Shown in pieces: positions 9,729 through 19,716 of a DNA stretch of 64,000 nucleotides (the first letter of the stretch is position 1; each line of letters starts with the position of its first letter). The notes beneath the pieces are model-generated. The model was given only the letters and a program-made list of their open reading frames with translations. It was not told where the DNA came from and made no database searches. The position numbers were made by a program, and so were the translations under genes. This DNA is from an uncultured Chloroflexia bacterium (lineage in GTDB: Bacteria > Chloroflexota > Limnocylindria > Limnocylindrales > CSP1-4): positions 480,001 to 544,000 of the forward strand of contig CAWEZH010000002.1 in the NCBI GenBank assembly GCA_963813535.1, read 5' to 3'.

Positions 9729-10595
9729 GTGATCCGCTCATATCTCGACCGTCTCGCAACGCGCTCCCGGGTAGCCGGTACCGTCCTGTGTCTCGGGCTC
9801 GACCCGGACCCGGCGTCGATGCCGTCCCGATTCGCCAAGGGCCTCGCCGGGATGGAGCGGTTCACCGAACTCGTGCTCGAGGCAGCGCTGCCGTTCGCCG
9901 CCGCGGTCAAGCCCAACCTGGCGTTCTTCGAAGCGTACGGATCGGACGGGATCGCGGCGCTCGAGCGGTTGCGGGCGACCATCCCGGCCGACGTCCCCGT
10001 CATCGCCGATGCGAAGCGCGGTGACATCGGCTCGACCGCCGCGCGCCAGGCTGTCGCGCTCTTCGACATCCTCGGCGCGGACGCCGTGACGGTCAGCCCA
10101 TACCTCGGCGAGGAGGCCATCCGACCGCTGCTCGAGCGGACCGATCGGTTCGCCTACGTGCTGTGCCGGACGTCCAATCCAGGGGCCGGCGACGTGCAGG
10201 ATCTGCCGATCGCCGCGGATCCCGGTGGGAACGCACCAAGCGAGCGCGTGCACGAGCGGATCGCCCGTCTGGCGACCGGGTGGGGACCCGGCGGGACGGT
10301 CGGTCTGGTCGTCGGGGCGACGGCACCCGAGGAGCTCGCGACCATCCGAGGTCTCGCCCCGGGGCTGCCGTTCCTCGTGCCCGGGGTCGGTGCCCAGGGT
10401 GGTGAGGTCGAGCCGGTCCTCCGCCACGGTCCCGCCACGGACGCGCCGGCTGGCGGTCGCGTCGGGGGCGGGCTGCTCGTCAATGTCTCCCGCGGCATCG
10501 CCCAGGCCGCCACCGGTTCGGGCCGCGGGGACCCCGGCGAGCGACTCGCCAGCGCCGCTGCTGACTGGGCTTCCCGACTCCCTGTGCTACCCTAG
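9729..10595 (+). CDS. pyrF: Orotidine-5'-phosphate decarboxylase (subfamily 2)
   Basis: LCLGLDP, KPNLAFF, DAKRGDIG, RTSNP, PGVGAQGG, NVSR. Confidence 0.96.
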   Translation: MIRSYLDRLATRSRVAGTVLCLGLDPDPASMPSRFAKGLAGMERFTELVLEAALPFAAAVKPNLAFFEAYGSDGIAALERLRATIPADVPVIADAKRGDIGSTAARQAVALFDILGADAVTVSPYLGEEAIRPLLERTDRFAYVLCRTSNPGAGDVQDLPIAADPGGNAPSERVHERIARLATGWGPGGTVGLVVGATAPEELATIRGLAPGLPFLVPGVGAQGGEVEPVLRHGPATDAPAGGRVGGGLLVNVSRGIAQAATGSGRGDPGERLASAAADWASRLPVLP

Positions 10596-10625
10596 CCGCC
10601 GCTCGTACCTGAGGGACCAGCTGAC

Positions 10626-10874
10626 ATGCCGAACATCGGGGCTCCCGAGCTCATCATCATCCTCGTCATCGCGCTGCTCATCCTCGGCCCGGGCAAGCTG
10701 CCTGAGGTCGGTGCCTCGATCGGCAAGAGCATCCGTGAATTCCGAAAGGCCTCGTCCGACATCAACGAGTCCGTGAAGGTCGACACGTCGCCGCTGCCGA
10801 CGGACCCGCCGGCGAGCCAGCCCGCGGTCGACGCGCCTGCCGCCTCGAACGAGCCGGCCTCCCGCACGAACTAG
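10626..10874 (+). CDS. tatA: Twin-arginine translocase TatA
   Basis: IGAPELIIILVIALLILGPGKLPEVGASIGKSIREFRK. Confidence 0.95.
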   Translation: MPNIGAPELIIILVIALLILGPGKLPEVGASIGKSIREFRKASSDINESVKVDTSPLPTDPPASQPAVDAPAASNEPASRTN

Positions 10875-10895
10875 GTCCGGCGCCGCGCGCCACTG

Positions 10896-11687
10896 ATGGC
10901 CGACGCCGACGCCCTGCGCGAGACCGCCGCCCCCGGCGTCCCCGCGACCCAATCACCACCGCCACCGCCGACCGGTGGTGCCGGCACGCCCGACGACACG
11001 GTCATGTCGCTGGTCGATCACCTCACCGAGCTCCGTGATCGCCTGTTCCGCTGCGTCCTGGCGATCGCGGTCGGGTCGGCGATCGGCTGGATCTTCGCGC
11101 CGGAGGTGCGAAATTTCCTGCTGGAGCCGCTGCCGGGCGGCCAGGCGCAGGTCCTCGGACCGGGCGACGGCTTCGCGATCCAGCTGCGCATCTCGATCGT
11201 CATCGGGATCATCCTCGCGATGCCCGTGCTGCTCTACCAGATCTGGGCGTTCATCGCCCCTGGCCTGACCATCGCCGAACGGCGGACGGTCCGTCCCTGG
11301 ATCCCGCTCGCCCTCGTGTTCTTCGCGCTCGGCGTCGTGATCGCCCGGCTCGTGCTGCCCTACGCCGTGTCGTTCCTCCTCGGGTTCACCGACGACAAGC
11401 TCGTGGCGAACATCGCGGCGGGGCCCTACTTCGATTTCGTGACGACGATGTTCCTTGCTTTCGGCCTCGTGATGGAGTTCCCGATCCTGCTGGTCGGCCT
11501 GTCGCGGGTCGGCATCGTGTCGTCGGAGCGACTGCGCGCGTCGCGGCGCTACGTGATCCTCGGGATCGCCGTCTTCTCGGCCGTGGCGACGCCTGGCGGT
11601 GACCTGGTCAGCCCGGTGGCACTCGGCGGCACGATGTACGTGCTCTACGAGCTGACGATCCTGTTCATCAGACGGACGGGCCGGTGA
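10896..11687 (+). CDS. tatC: Twin-arginine translocase TatC
   Basis: MSLVDHLTELRDR, QIWAFIAPGL, ATPGGD; multi-TM. Confidence 0.96.
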   Translation: MADADALRETAAPGVPATQSPPPPPTGGAGTPDDTVMSLVDHLTELRDRLFRCVLAIAVGSAIGWIFAPEVRNFLLEPLPGGQAQVLGPGDGFAIQLRISIVIGIILAMPVLLYQIWAFIAPGLTIAERRTVRPWIPLALVFFALGVVIARLVLPYAVSFLLGFTDDKLVANIAAGPYFDFVTTMFLAFGLVMEFPILLVGLSRVGIVSSERLRASRRYVILGIAVFSAVATPGGDLVSPVALGGTMYVLYELTILFIRRTGR

Positions 11688-12586
11688 CCCAGGCGACCGA
11701 CCCGGTCACGGAGGCGCCGGCGGAACAGGCGGTCGTGATCCTTTCGGGTCTGTCGGGCGGTGGCAAGACCGCCGCGGCGAAGCTGTTCGAGGACCTGGGC
11801 TACATGGTCGTCGACAACCTGCCCGGCGAGCTGCTGCCCGACCTGGCCGAGCTCGTGTCCGACGACCAGGATCGCTTCGCGCGCGTGGCCATCGTGCTCG
11901 ACGTCCGTGCCGGGGAGCCGGCACTCGCCCTCGGGGCGATGCGTGGGGCGCTCGAGGGTCGCGGGATCGTGCCGCAGATCGTCTTCCTCGAGGCGCGCGA
12001 CGACGTGCTCATCCGTCGCTTCAGCGAGACGCGTCATCGCCACCCGCTCGCCGATGAGCGTGGGATCGCCAGCTCGATCGCCGAGGAGCGACGGTTGCTC
12101 GACCCGATCCGCTCGGAGGCCGACGTCATCGTCGACACATCCGACCTGTCGCTGCGCCAACTCCGCGAGCGACTGTTCGCGCAGCTGGCCACGACAACCC
12201 GGCCCGACCAGCTTGCTGTCCAGCTCATCAGCTTCGGCTACAAATACGGCGTCCCGCTCGAGGCGGACCTTGTCTTCGACGTGCGGTTCATCCCGAACCC
12301 GTACTACGTCCCCGAGCTGCGACCGCACTCGGGTCTGACCGAGGAGGTGCGCGCCTACGTCCTGGCCCAGCCGATGGCGCGTCGGTTCCTGACGTTCCTC
12401 GAGGAGTTCCTGGACTTCGCCATCCCGTCGTACGTCGAGGAGGGCAAGACCCGGCTCACGATCGGCATCGGCTGCACGGGCGGCTATCACCGGAGCATCG
12501 TCCTTGCCGAGGTGCTCGCAGAGTGGCTCCGGGAGCGGGACTTCGGCCCCGTCGCGGTCTTCCACCGGGAGCTGGACCGGACATGA
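11684..12586 (+). CDS. rapZ: RapZ/YvcJ P-loop nucleotide-binding protein
   Basis: GLSGGGKT, VVDNLP, RRFSETR, SFGYKYG, GCTGGYHRS. Confidence 0.96.
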   Translation: MTQATDPVTEAPAEQAVVILSGLSGGGKTAAAKLFEDLGYMVVDNLPGELLPDLAELVSDDQDRFARVAIVLDVRAGEPALALGAMRGALEGRGIVPQIVFLEARDDVLIRRFSETRHRHPLADERGIASSIAEERRLLDPIRSEADVIVDTSDLSLRQLRERLFAQLATTTRPDQLAVQLISFGYKYGVPLEADLVFDVRFIPNPYYVPELRPHSGLTEEVRAYVLAQPMARRFLTFLEEFLDFAIPSYVEEGKTRLTIGIGCTGGYHRSIVLAEVLAEWLRERDFGPVAVFHRELDRT

Positions 12587-12602
12587 TCGGTCGCGGCGGC
12601 GC

Positions 12603-13943
12603 ATGAACCTGCGTCGATGGCTTACGCCCGGCATCGGCATCAAGCGCTGGCTGGTCGTCGTGTTCTTCGGACTGCTGATGCTGGCTCTTGGCTTCGCGCA
12701 CCTGATCCGCCAGGTCTCGCGCGATCTCGAGCCCGCGGGAGCGGTCGGCGCGGTGATCGACCTGATCACCCTCCAGTTCCTGCCGTTCCCGGTTCGTGGT
12801 CTCATCGTCGGAGCGGCAGGGGTGGCCCTCGTGGCGCTCGGGTCGTATCGCGTGATCCGTGTCATGACGGATCCGTTCCGTGTGTCCGACGGGGATCAGC
12901 CGCTCGTCGAGTTGATCTACCAGAAGCAATTCCTCGCGAAGGGCCCGCGCGTCGTGGCCATCGGCGGTGGGACCGGCTTGTCGGCGCTGCTCCGCGGCCT
13001 GAAGGAGCACACGAGCAACATCACCGCCGTGGTGACCGTGGCCGATGACGGCGGCTCCTCGGGTGTGCTCCGCCAGGAGCTGGGCATCCCGCCGGTCGGC
13101 GACATCCGCAACTGCATCGCGGCACTCGCCGACGCCGAGCCACTGATGAGCGAGCTGCTCCAGTACCGGTTCCCGGCCGCCGACGGTTCACCCGGTGCCG
13201 CGACCGACGGTCCCGGGCTGACAGGCCATGCGGTCGGCAACCTCCTCCTGGCGGCGATGACGGCGATCGAGGGCGGCGACTTCGAAGAGGGCGTCCGTCG
13301 GATCAACCGCATCCTCGCCGTGCGGGGCCAGGTCGTACCGGTCACCGCCACGCCGCTGACCCTGCATGCCGAGACGGTCGCCGGCGAGACGGTCGTCGGG
13401 CAGTCGCGGATCATGCGCACCGAGGGGATCCGACGCGTCTGGCTGACACCCGACGACGTCCAGGCGTCGGACGACGCGCTCGCCGCGATCGCCGAGGCTG
13501 AGCTGATCGTGCTAGGCCCGGGCAGCCTGTACACGAGTGTCCTGCCGAGCCTGCTGATCCCGGCCATCCGCGACGGCGTGCTGGCAGCCGGCGCGACCCG
13601 GCTGTATGTCTGCAACGTCGCGACGCAGGAAGGCGAGACGACCGGGCTGGACCTCGCCGGTCACGTGGCGGCGCTGATCGACCACACCGCCCCGGGTCTC
13701 GTCGATCTCGTGCTTGCCAACAACCGCTTCGATGCTCGAGTCCCAGCCGATTGGCGGGCGGAGACGGTGCGACTGCGGTGGCCGCCCGCGGTCGTGGCCG
13801 GACTCCCCCGACTGGTCCTCGACGACGTGGTCGATCCGGACAACGCCCATCACCACGACCCGGTGCGGCTCGCGGGCGCGGTCATGCGCGTCTACGAGCG
13901 GGAGGCACCAGCTCGCCGCCGGGCCGTGAGCCGGACCGCCTGA
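12603..13943 (+). CDS. yvcK: YvcK/GlmR-family protein with N-terminal TM extension
   Basis: WLTPGIGIKRW, IGGGTG, VADDGGSSG, GHAVGNL, GPGSLYTS; ATG at 12603 chosen. Confidence 0.93.
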   Translation: MNLRRWLTPGIGIKRWLVVVFFGLLMLALGFAHLIRQVSRDLEPAGAVGAVIDLITLQFLPFPVRGLIVGAAGVALVALGSYRVIRVMTDPFRVSDGDQPLVELIYQKQFLAKGPRVVAIGGGTGLSALLRGLKEHTSNITAVVTVADDGGSSGVLRQELGIPPVGDIRNCIAALADAEPLMSELLQYRFPAADGSPGAATDGPGLTGHAVGNLLLAAMTAIEGGDFEEGVRRINRILAVRGQVVPVTATPLTLHAETVAGETVVGQSRIMRTEGIRRVWLTPDDVQASDDALAAIAEAELIVLGPGSLYTSVLPSLLIPAIRDGVLAAGATRLYVCNVATQEGETTGLDLAGHVAALIDHTAPGLVDLVLANNRFDARVPADWRAETVRLRWPPAVVAGLPRLVLDDVVDPDNAHHHDPVRLAGAVMRVYEREAPARRRAVSRTA

Positions 13944-13946
13944 GAG

Positions 13947-14759
13947 GTGACAAGCTCCGAGCGCGACCTCGTCACGGCGCTACGGAACGAGCTCGCCGGC
14001 ATCGACCCGGCGCGACCATGCGATCGTCTCGCCGAGGCGGCAGGCCTGGGCGTCGAGGTGCCGGCCCGGGAGCCGGCGGTGGCACGTCTGGCGCATCGTC
14101 TCCGACGAGCTGCCGAGGCGGATCGCGTCGGCGTCGCAATCTTCGACTGGGACGCTGCGGCCGACCACTGCCGAACCGCGTGGCTGCGCGGCAGGTTCCT
14201 GGCCCGCGGGTCGCTTAGCCTGGCCGGCGGCCGGACCCATCTCGAATTCGTCGTCCCGGTCCAGGAGGCCCAGGTCCTCGCCCGACGGCTCGGTGAGGTC
14301 GACGTCCCGGCATCGTGGCGGGTCCGCCGCGGTCGAGGGGTCGTGACGTGGAAGAGTGCCGAGTCGGTGGGCACGTTCCTCCGCCGGATCGGGGCCGCCG
14401 GCGCGCTGCTCGAGCTCGAGGCCCGGCAGGTGTCGCGTGCGCTTCGCGGCGAGCTGAACCGTGTGCTCAACGCCGAGTCGGCAAACCTGCAGCGCGCCGT
14501 CGCTGCGGCCGGGCGGCAGCTCGACGCGATCGACCAGCTCGACGCCGACGGCCGGCTCGTCGGGCAGCCATATGTCGTCCGACTCGTCGCCGACGCCCGA
14601 CGCGAGACACCGGAGGCGACGCTGGCGGAACTTGCGGAGCGGCTCGACATCCATCGCTCGGCCGTCCAGCGGGCTCTCGAGCGGATCGAGCGGCTGGCGG
14701 AGACCGAGCCTGCGCCGCCGCAGGGTGACCGCTCTGGCATGATGCGGGCGCATGCGTGA
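13947..14759 (+). CDS. whiA: DNA-binding protein WhiA
   Basis: LRGRFLARGS LAGLIDADG-like segment, NRVLNAESANL, C-terminal HTH; follows rapZ-yvcK. Confidence 0.9.
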   Translation: MTSSERDLVTALRNELAGIDPARPCDRLAEAAGLGVEVPAREPAVARLAHRLRRAAEADRVGVAIFDWDAAADHCRTAWLRGRFLARGSLSLAGGRTHLEFVVPVQEAQVLARRLGEVDVPASWRVRRGRGVVTWKSAESVGTFLRRIGAAGALLELEARQVSRALRGELNRVLNAESANLQRAVAAAGRQLDAIDQLDADGRLVGQPYVVRLVADARRETPEATLAELAERLDIHRSAVQRALERIERLAETEPAPPQGDRSGMMRAHA

Positions 14760-15543
14760 GGTCGTGATCGCCGCGAACTGGAAGATGCACACGACCCCCA
14801 GCGACGCTGGTGAGCTCGCCCAGACGATCGCCTCGCGGACACGCGAAGCGGGTGTCACGCGCGTGATCTGCCCTCCGTATGTGTGTCTCGCTTCCGTTCG
14901 CGACGCGCTGGCCGAGGTGGACACCGATGTCGCCGTTGGTGCCCAGAACGTCCATCACGAGCTGGCCGGGGCGTACACCGGCGAGGTCTCGGCGCCGATG
15001 CTGGTCGGCCTCGCGACCTGGGTGATCGTCGGCCATTCCGAGCGCCGGAGGGACGCCGGCGAGACCGACGCGCTCGTCGCCAGGAAGATCGCCCGGGTAC
15101 TCGACGCTGGGCTTCGACCGATCCTGTGCGTCGGCGAGCAACTGGCCGACCGCGAGGCTGGTCGGGCCATCGACGTGGTCGATGGGCAGATGCGCGGTTC
15201 GCTCGCCGACATCGAGCCAAAGCGAGCGCATGCGGCCCGCCTCGTGATCGCCTATGAGCCGGTATGGGCGATCGGCACCGGGCGCAACGCGACCGGCATC
15301 GACGCCGCCGCCATGACCGACGCGATCCGGGCGAGCCTGGAGGCTGCCGGCTGGGGTGCCGCTGCCGCCCATACCCCGGTCCTCTACGGCGGCAGCGTGA
15401 CCTCCGCGAACATCGCCGAGTTCCTCGCCGAGCCGTCGATCGACGGCGTGCTCGTCGGCGGGGCGTCGCTGAAGCCGGACGAGATGGCGGGCATCGTCGG
15501 TCGCGCCGGGATCACGGCCCGCGCCCGCGGCCTCGCGGGGTGA
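14752..15543 (+). CDS. tpiA: Triosephosphate isomerase
   Basis: ANWKM, GHSERR, AYEPVWAIGTG, YGGSV, VGGASL. Confidence 0.98.
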   Translation: MREVVIAANWKMHTTPSDAGELAQTIASRTREAGVTRVICPPYVCLASVRDALAEVDTDVAVGAQNVHHELAGAYTGEVSAPMLVGLATWVIVGHSERRRDAGETDALVARKIARVLDAGLRPILCVGEQLADREAGRAIDVVDGQMRGSLADIEPKRAHAARLVIAYEPVWAIGTGRNATGIDAAAMTDAIRASLEAAGWGAAAAHTPVLYGGSVTSANIAEFLAEPSIDGVLVGGASLKPDEMAGIVGRAGITARARGLAG

Positions 15544-17126
15544 CCGTCGGGCGACCACGGCCCATCGTCCTGGTCGTGCTCGATGGCTTCGGCATCGGCC
15601 GCGACCCGATCGGCGATGCGATCGCCGCCGCCCCCATGCCGACCTGGCATGGCCTACTCGCGCGCTGGCCGCACGGCGTCCTCCAGGCGTCCGAGGAAGC
15701 CGTCGGGTTACCTCCGGGCCAGATGGGCAACTCGGAGGTCGGCCATCTGAACCTCGGTGCAGGCCGTCCGGTGCTCCAGGACCTGCCTCGCATCGACGCA
15801 GCCATCGCCGACGGTTCGTTCGATGACAGGCCCGCGTTCCTCGCCGCCTGCCAGCGTGCTCGCGAGACGAACGGGGTGCTGCACGCAGTGAGCCTCATCG
15901 GGCCGGGCGGGGTGCACGCCAACGACCGCCACCTGGTGGCCCTGGCCGGCCTGGCGCAACGTGAGGGGGTCTCGCGGATGGCCGTCCATGCCCTGCTCGA
16001 CGGGCGTGACACGCCGCCATCGTCGGCGCTCGGGTTCATGCGGGACCTCGAGGCGCGGCTCACGGCCGCTCACCCGGACGCAACGGTCGCGTCCGTCGGC
16101 GGCCGCTACTACGCGATGGACCGCGACACGCGCTGGGAACGGACCGAACAGGGGTATGACGCGATCGTCCACGGAGAGTCGGCATACCACGCTCCGTCGG
16201 CGGCCGCCGCGATCGAGTCGGCCTACGCCCGCGCCGAGACCGACGAGTTCGTCGTGCCGACGGTGATCGAGGTCGACGGCACCACGACGCCGCTGCTGGA
16301 CGGTGACCCGATCGTCCACCTCAACTTCCGCGCCGACCGCGCGCGGCAGCTGACCCACGCGCTCGCCGATGGTGCGGCGTTCGACGGCTTCGACCGCCGC
16401 TCCCCATCGGGCCGTCCCGCGCCGCACGATCTCCTCGTGGTCACGATGACCGAGTACGAGGCTGGCCTCCCGGTCCTCGTAGCCTTCCCGCCCGAGACCG
16501 CGCGCTCGCTCGCCCAGGCGTTCAGCGAAGCGGGCTGGCGCCAGTTCCACGTTGCCGAGACCGAGAAATACGCCCATGTCACGTACTTCTTCAACGGCGG
16601 GGTCGAGACGGCGTTGCCGGGGGAGGAGCGGGAGCTGATCCCGAGTCCCAGGGTCGCCACGTACGACCTCCAGCCGGAGATGTCGGCCGCGGGCGTCACC
16701 GATGCCCTGGTCCGGACCATCGGCTCCGGGGCGTACGACTTCATCGTCGCGAACTACGCCAACCCGGACATGGTCGGCCACACCGGCATATGGGACGCGA
16801 CGCTCGAGGCCCTCGCGACCATCGACGAATGTCTCGCGCGCGTCGTCGCAGCCATCGAGGTGGTCGAGGCTGCCGATCCCGTCGGTCCTGGCGCGATCCT
16901 CGCCATCACGGCCGACCACGGCAATGCCGACGACCTGCGCGACGCCAGTGGCGTGCCGGTCACGGCGCACTCGCTCAACCCGGTCCCGTTCGTGCTGATC
17001 GGCCGATCCGTGGCCGGTCACCGCCTCGCCGACGGCGTGCTCGCCGACGTCGCACCGACACTCCTCGAACTGGGTGGTTTGCCCGGCTGGCCGGGGATCA
17101 CGGGCCGCTCGCTCCTGCGCGGCTGA
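15540..17126 (+). CDS. gpmI: 2,3-bisphosphoglycerate-independent phosphoglycerate mutase
   Basis: VLDGFG, GQMGNSEVGH, DGRD, AETEKYAHVT, NPDMVGHTG, TADHGN; GTG overlaps the tpiA stop. Confidence 0.97.
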   Translation: MTVGRPRPIVLVVLDGFGIGRDPIGDAIAAAPMPTWHGLLARWPHGVLQASEEAVGLPPGQMGNSEVGHLNLGAGRPVLQDLPRIDAAIADGSFDDRPAFLAACQRARETNGVLHAVSLIGPGGVHANDRHLVALAGLAQREGVSRMAVHALLDGRDTPPSSALGFMRDLEARLTAAHPDATVASVGGRYYAMDRDTRWERTEQGYDAIVHGESAYHAPSAAAAIESAYARAETDEFVVPTVIEVDGTTTPLLDGDPIVHLNFRADRARQLTHALADGAAFDGFDRRSPSGRPAPHDLLVVTMTEYEAGLPVLVAFPPETARSLAQAFSEAGWRQFHVAETEKYAHVTYFFNGGVETALPGEERELIPSPRVATYDLQPEMSAAGVTDALVRTIGSGAYDFIVANYANPDMVGHTGIWDATLEALATIDECLARVVAAIEVVEAADPVGPGAILAITADHGNADDLRDASGVPVTAHSLNPVPFVLIGRSVAGHRLADGVLADVAPTLLELGGLPGWPGITGRSLLRG

Positions 17127-17187
17127 CCGGCCGTTCGGTGGCCTGTGGTAGCATCGGCCGCCGTATCCACCGGAGGACCTCGACCGC

Positions 17188-17415
17188 GTGAACCCGATCC
17201 TCAGCCTCGGCCAGATCATCGTCAGCATCGCGTTGATCGCGGCCATCCTGCTGCAGGCTCGCGGGACGGGCCTCTCGGGCACGTTCGGTGGCGACTCCGC
17301 CGTCTACCGCAGTCGGCGGGGCGTCGAACGGAGGCTGTGGCAGTTCACCATCGTGCTGCTGGTCCTGTTCGTCATCTTCTCGCTCGCGTCGTACATCCTC
17401 GCGCCGACCACCTGA
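17188..17415 (+). CDS. secG: Preprotein translocase subunit SecG
   Basis: Two TM segments around LLQARGTGLSGTFGG..RRGVER; GGAGG SD. Confidence 0.93.
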   Translation: MNPILSLGQIIVSIALIAAILLQARGTGLSGTFGGDSAVYRSRRGVERRLWQFTIVLLVLFVIFSLASYILAPTT

Positions 17416-17458
17416 CCGGGCCGCCGCGGCACGACCTGCGGGCACTACACGGAGCTTC

Positions 17459-19198
17459 ATGACCCGCACCGACACCATCGTCGTCGGGACCCTCATCACG
17501 CTGCTCGCGATCCTCGCGGCGCTGATCGGTGGCCCCGCCATCCAGCTCGCCGCCGCACCCGCCAGCCCGTCGCCGTCCGTTGCGACAAGCCCAGCGTTCG
17601 AGGCTCGACCGTACGTCGAAGGTGTCGTCGGCCAGCCCTCGTCCGTGTCCCCGCTGACCGCCCGGACCCAGGCCGACCGCGATCTCGTGGCGCTGCTCTT
17701 CGCCGGCCTGGTGCGAAACGGACCGGGCGGCACCATCGTGCCCGACCTGGCGGAGAGCTGGACGGTCGACGCGACCGGCAAGACGTGGACGGTCGAGCTT
17801 CGCGACGACGCGCGCTGGCACGACGGCACCGCGGTCACCCCGGACGACGTCGTGTTCACTATCGAGACGCTCCAGGACCCGGCCTACAAGGGGCCGTCCG
17901 GAACGTCCTGGTCGGAGGTGACCGTCGCTGCGACCGGGCCGCGCCAGGTCACATTCACCCTCGCCACGCCACTTGGCGGCTTTCTCCAGGCCCTGACGCA
18001 GCCGATCGCGCCGGTCCATCTGCTCGGCGACACCCCCATCGAGGAGATGGCCGACGACCCGTTCGGGGGGCTGCCGATCGGCTCGGGCGCCTTCGCGATC
18101 ACCGAGCTCAGTGAGACATCAGCGTCGCTCGTTCCGGCGGAGATCCTGGAGGGGACGGGGGGACCGTCCGCCTCGCCGAGCTCCTCGCCTGACTCGCTGA
18201 CGACACCGCCACCGACGCGCCGCCCGTCGCGACCGATGCCGTACCTCGCGGGCATCGAGTTCCGGTTCTATGCAGAGCCGGCGGACCTCGTCCGCGACTT
18301 CCGAGCGGGCGAGCTCGATGGGGCGTCCGGGCTGCCGCCCGACATGGCCGTCGGCCTTGCGGCGGAGGCGGGCACCCGTTTGGTCCGCTACCCCGGAGCC
18401 ACGATGACCGCGGCGCTCCTCAACCTCCGACCCGGTCATCCTGAGTTCGCGACGCCGGCGATCCGGACCGGGCTGCTCGCCGCGATCGATCGGGAGCGTC
18501 TTGCGAAGGAGGCCTTCAGCGGGCTTGCCGTGCAGGCCGCGGGCATCATCCCGCCGGCCTCGCCGATGTTCGATCCGGCGGCGGATCCGGCGGTCGCTTA
18601 CAGCCGTGGTGGCGCGGAGCGCGCGTTCACGGCCGCGACATGGAACAAGAACGCGAGTGGCTGGGTGCTCCCCCGCGCAAAGAAGCCGCTTGCGATCGAG
18701 GTGCTCAGCCCGAACAAGGCGACGAATGCCGGGCTGTACGACGTCGCCGAGGCGGTGGTCCGCGACTGGACCACCGTCGGTATCGACGCCAAGCATGTCG
18801 CGTTGCCACCGTCCGAGTTCGTCACGGGCCGGCTGTCGTCCGGCGAGTTCCAGGTGGCCATCGCCGACCTGCGCATCGGCCTCGATCCGGACCTGTATCC
18901 GCTGCTCGCGTCGAGCCAGACGCTGACCGGTGGCTCGAATGTCATGGGCGTCCAGTCCGCCGATCTCGACACGCTGCTCGAGAAGGCCCGCGCCCCGGGT
19001 TCCGCCAGCGCACGGGCCAAGGCCTACAGCGCGCTCCAGAAGCAGCTGGCCGCCGGTCGCTATCTGCTCCCGCTGGCCTTCGCCGACGAGGTCGTCGTGC
19101 TCCGTGACACGGTCCAGGGACCGGCCGTGAGGCAGGTGACGGATGGGTCGGATCGATTTTGGGATGTGCTAACATGGCGCCTCGCTATCGACCGGTGA
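17459..19198 (+). CDS. Family 5 (peptide/nickel) ABC substrate-binding protein, TM-anchored, no adjacent permease
   Basis: YVEGVVG, PDLAESW, WHDGTAVTPDDVVFT, PIGSGAF; N-terminal hydrophobic helix without a lipobox Cys. Confidence 0.88.
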   Translation: MTRTDTIVVGTLITLLAILAALIGGPAIQLAAAPASPSPSVATSPAFEARPYVEGVVGQPSSVSPLTARTQADRDLVALLFAGLVRNGPGGTIVPDLAESWTVDATGKTWTVELRDDARWHDGTAVTPDDVVFTIETLQDPAYKGPSGTSWSEVTVAATGPRQVTFTLATPLGGFLQALTQPIAPVHLLGDTPIEEMADDPFGGLPIGSGAFAITELSETSASLVPAEILEGTGGPSASPSSSPDSLTTPPPTRRPSRPMPYLAGIEFRFYAEPADLVRDFRAGELDGASGLPPDMAVGLAAEAGTRLVRYPGATMTAALLNLRPGHPEFATPAIRTGLLAAIDRERLAKEAFSGLAVQAAGIIPPASPMFDPAADPAVAYSRGGAERAFTAATWNKNASGWVLPRAKKPLAIEVLSPNKATNAGLYDVAEAVVRDWTTVGIDAKHVALPPSEFVTGRLSSGEFQVAIADLRIGLDPDLYPLLASSQTLTGGSNVMGVQSADLDTLLEKARAPGSASARAKAYSALQKQLAAGRYLLPLAFADEVVVLRDTVQGPAVRQVTDGSDRFWDVLTWRLAIDR

Positions 19199-19216
19199 CG
19201 GTCGGTCGCGCTCCGT

Positions 19217-19303
19217 GCCGAGGTGGCGGAATAGGCAGACGCGCTGGTTTCAGGTACCAGTGGCCGCAAGGTCGTGTGGGTTCAAGTCCCTCCCTCGGTA
19301 CCA
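19217..19303 (+). tRNA. tRNA-Leu (CAG)
   Basis: Cloverleaf; anticodon stem CTGGT/ACCAG with loop TTCAGGT; long variable arm; encoded CCA. Confidence 0.96.
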
Positions 19304-19335
19304 TTCCCTCGGACTCGATCCGCAATGACACCTCT

Positions 19336-19420
19336 GCCCAGGTGGCGGAATTGGTATACGCGTACGTTTGAGGGGCGTATGAGGCAACTCATCCGGGTTC
19401 AAGTCCCGGCCTGGGCACCA
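19336..19420 (+). tRNA. tRNA-Leu (GAG)
   Basis: GCCCAGG/CCTGGGC acceptor stem, loop TTGAGGG, variable arm, CCA. Confidence 0.96.
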
Positions 19421-19433
19421 ACTCGCGACATCT

Positions 19434-19464
19434 GACGACCGCCGGCTCGGCGGTCGTTTCGTTT
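19434..19464 (+). terminator. Probable intrinsic terminator after the tRNA-Leu pair
   Basis: ACGACCGCCG-gct-CGGCGGTCGT perfect 10-bp stem followed by TTCGTTT. Confidence 0.7.
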
Positions 19465-19486
19465 GCCCGCGGTGTAGGCTCCGCCC

Positions 19487-19563
19487 GGGCGGTTAGCTCA
19501 GTCGGTCAGAGCGCCTCGCTTACACCGAGGAAGTCACTGGTTCGAGTCCAGTACCGCCCACCA
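19487..19563 (+). tRNA. tRNA-Val (TAC)
   Basis: GGGCGGT/ACCGCCC acceptor stem, loop CTTACAC, CCA; TAGGCT -10-like element at 19475-19480. Confidence 0.97.
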
Positions 19564-19716
19564 CATTCCACGCACGAAAAGATCCCTCCGCCGCCCTTCC
19601 ATCGGGGCAGGGGAGGGCTCTGAAAATGCCGCGCGACGGCGACACCTTATGCTCCCTCGATCCACCCGCGGCCGCCCTTGGGCTGGCCGGGGTTCGTTGG
19701 CTGAGAGGGGTTCCCC

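Noticed and set aside
19270-19300. U:U mismatch in the T-stem and G1:U72 pair of tRNA-Leu(CAG)
   Set aside because: Within normal tRNA variation; all other elements are intact.
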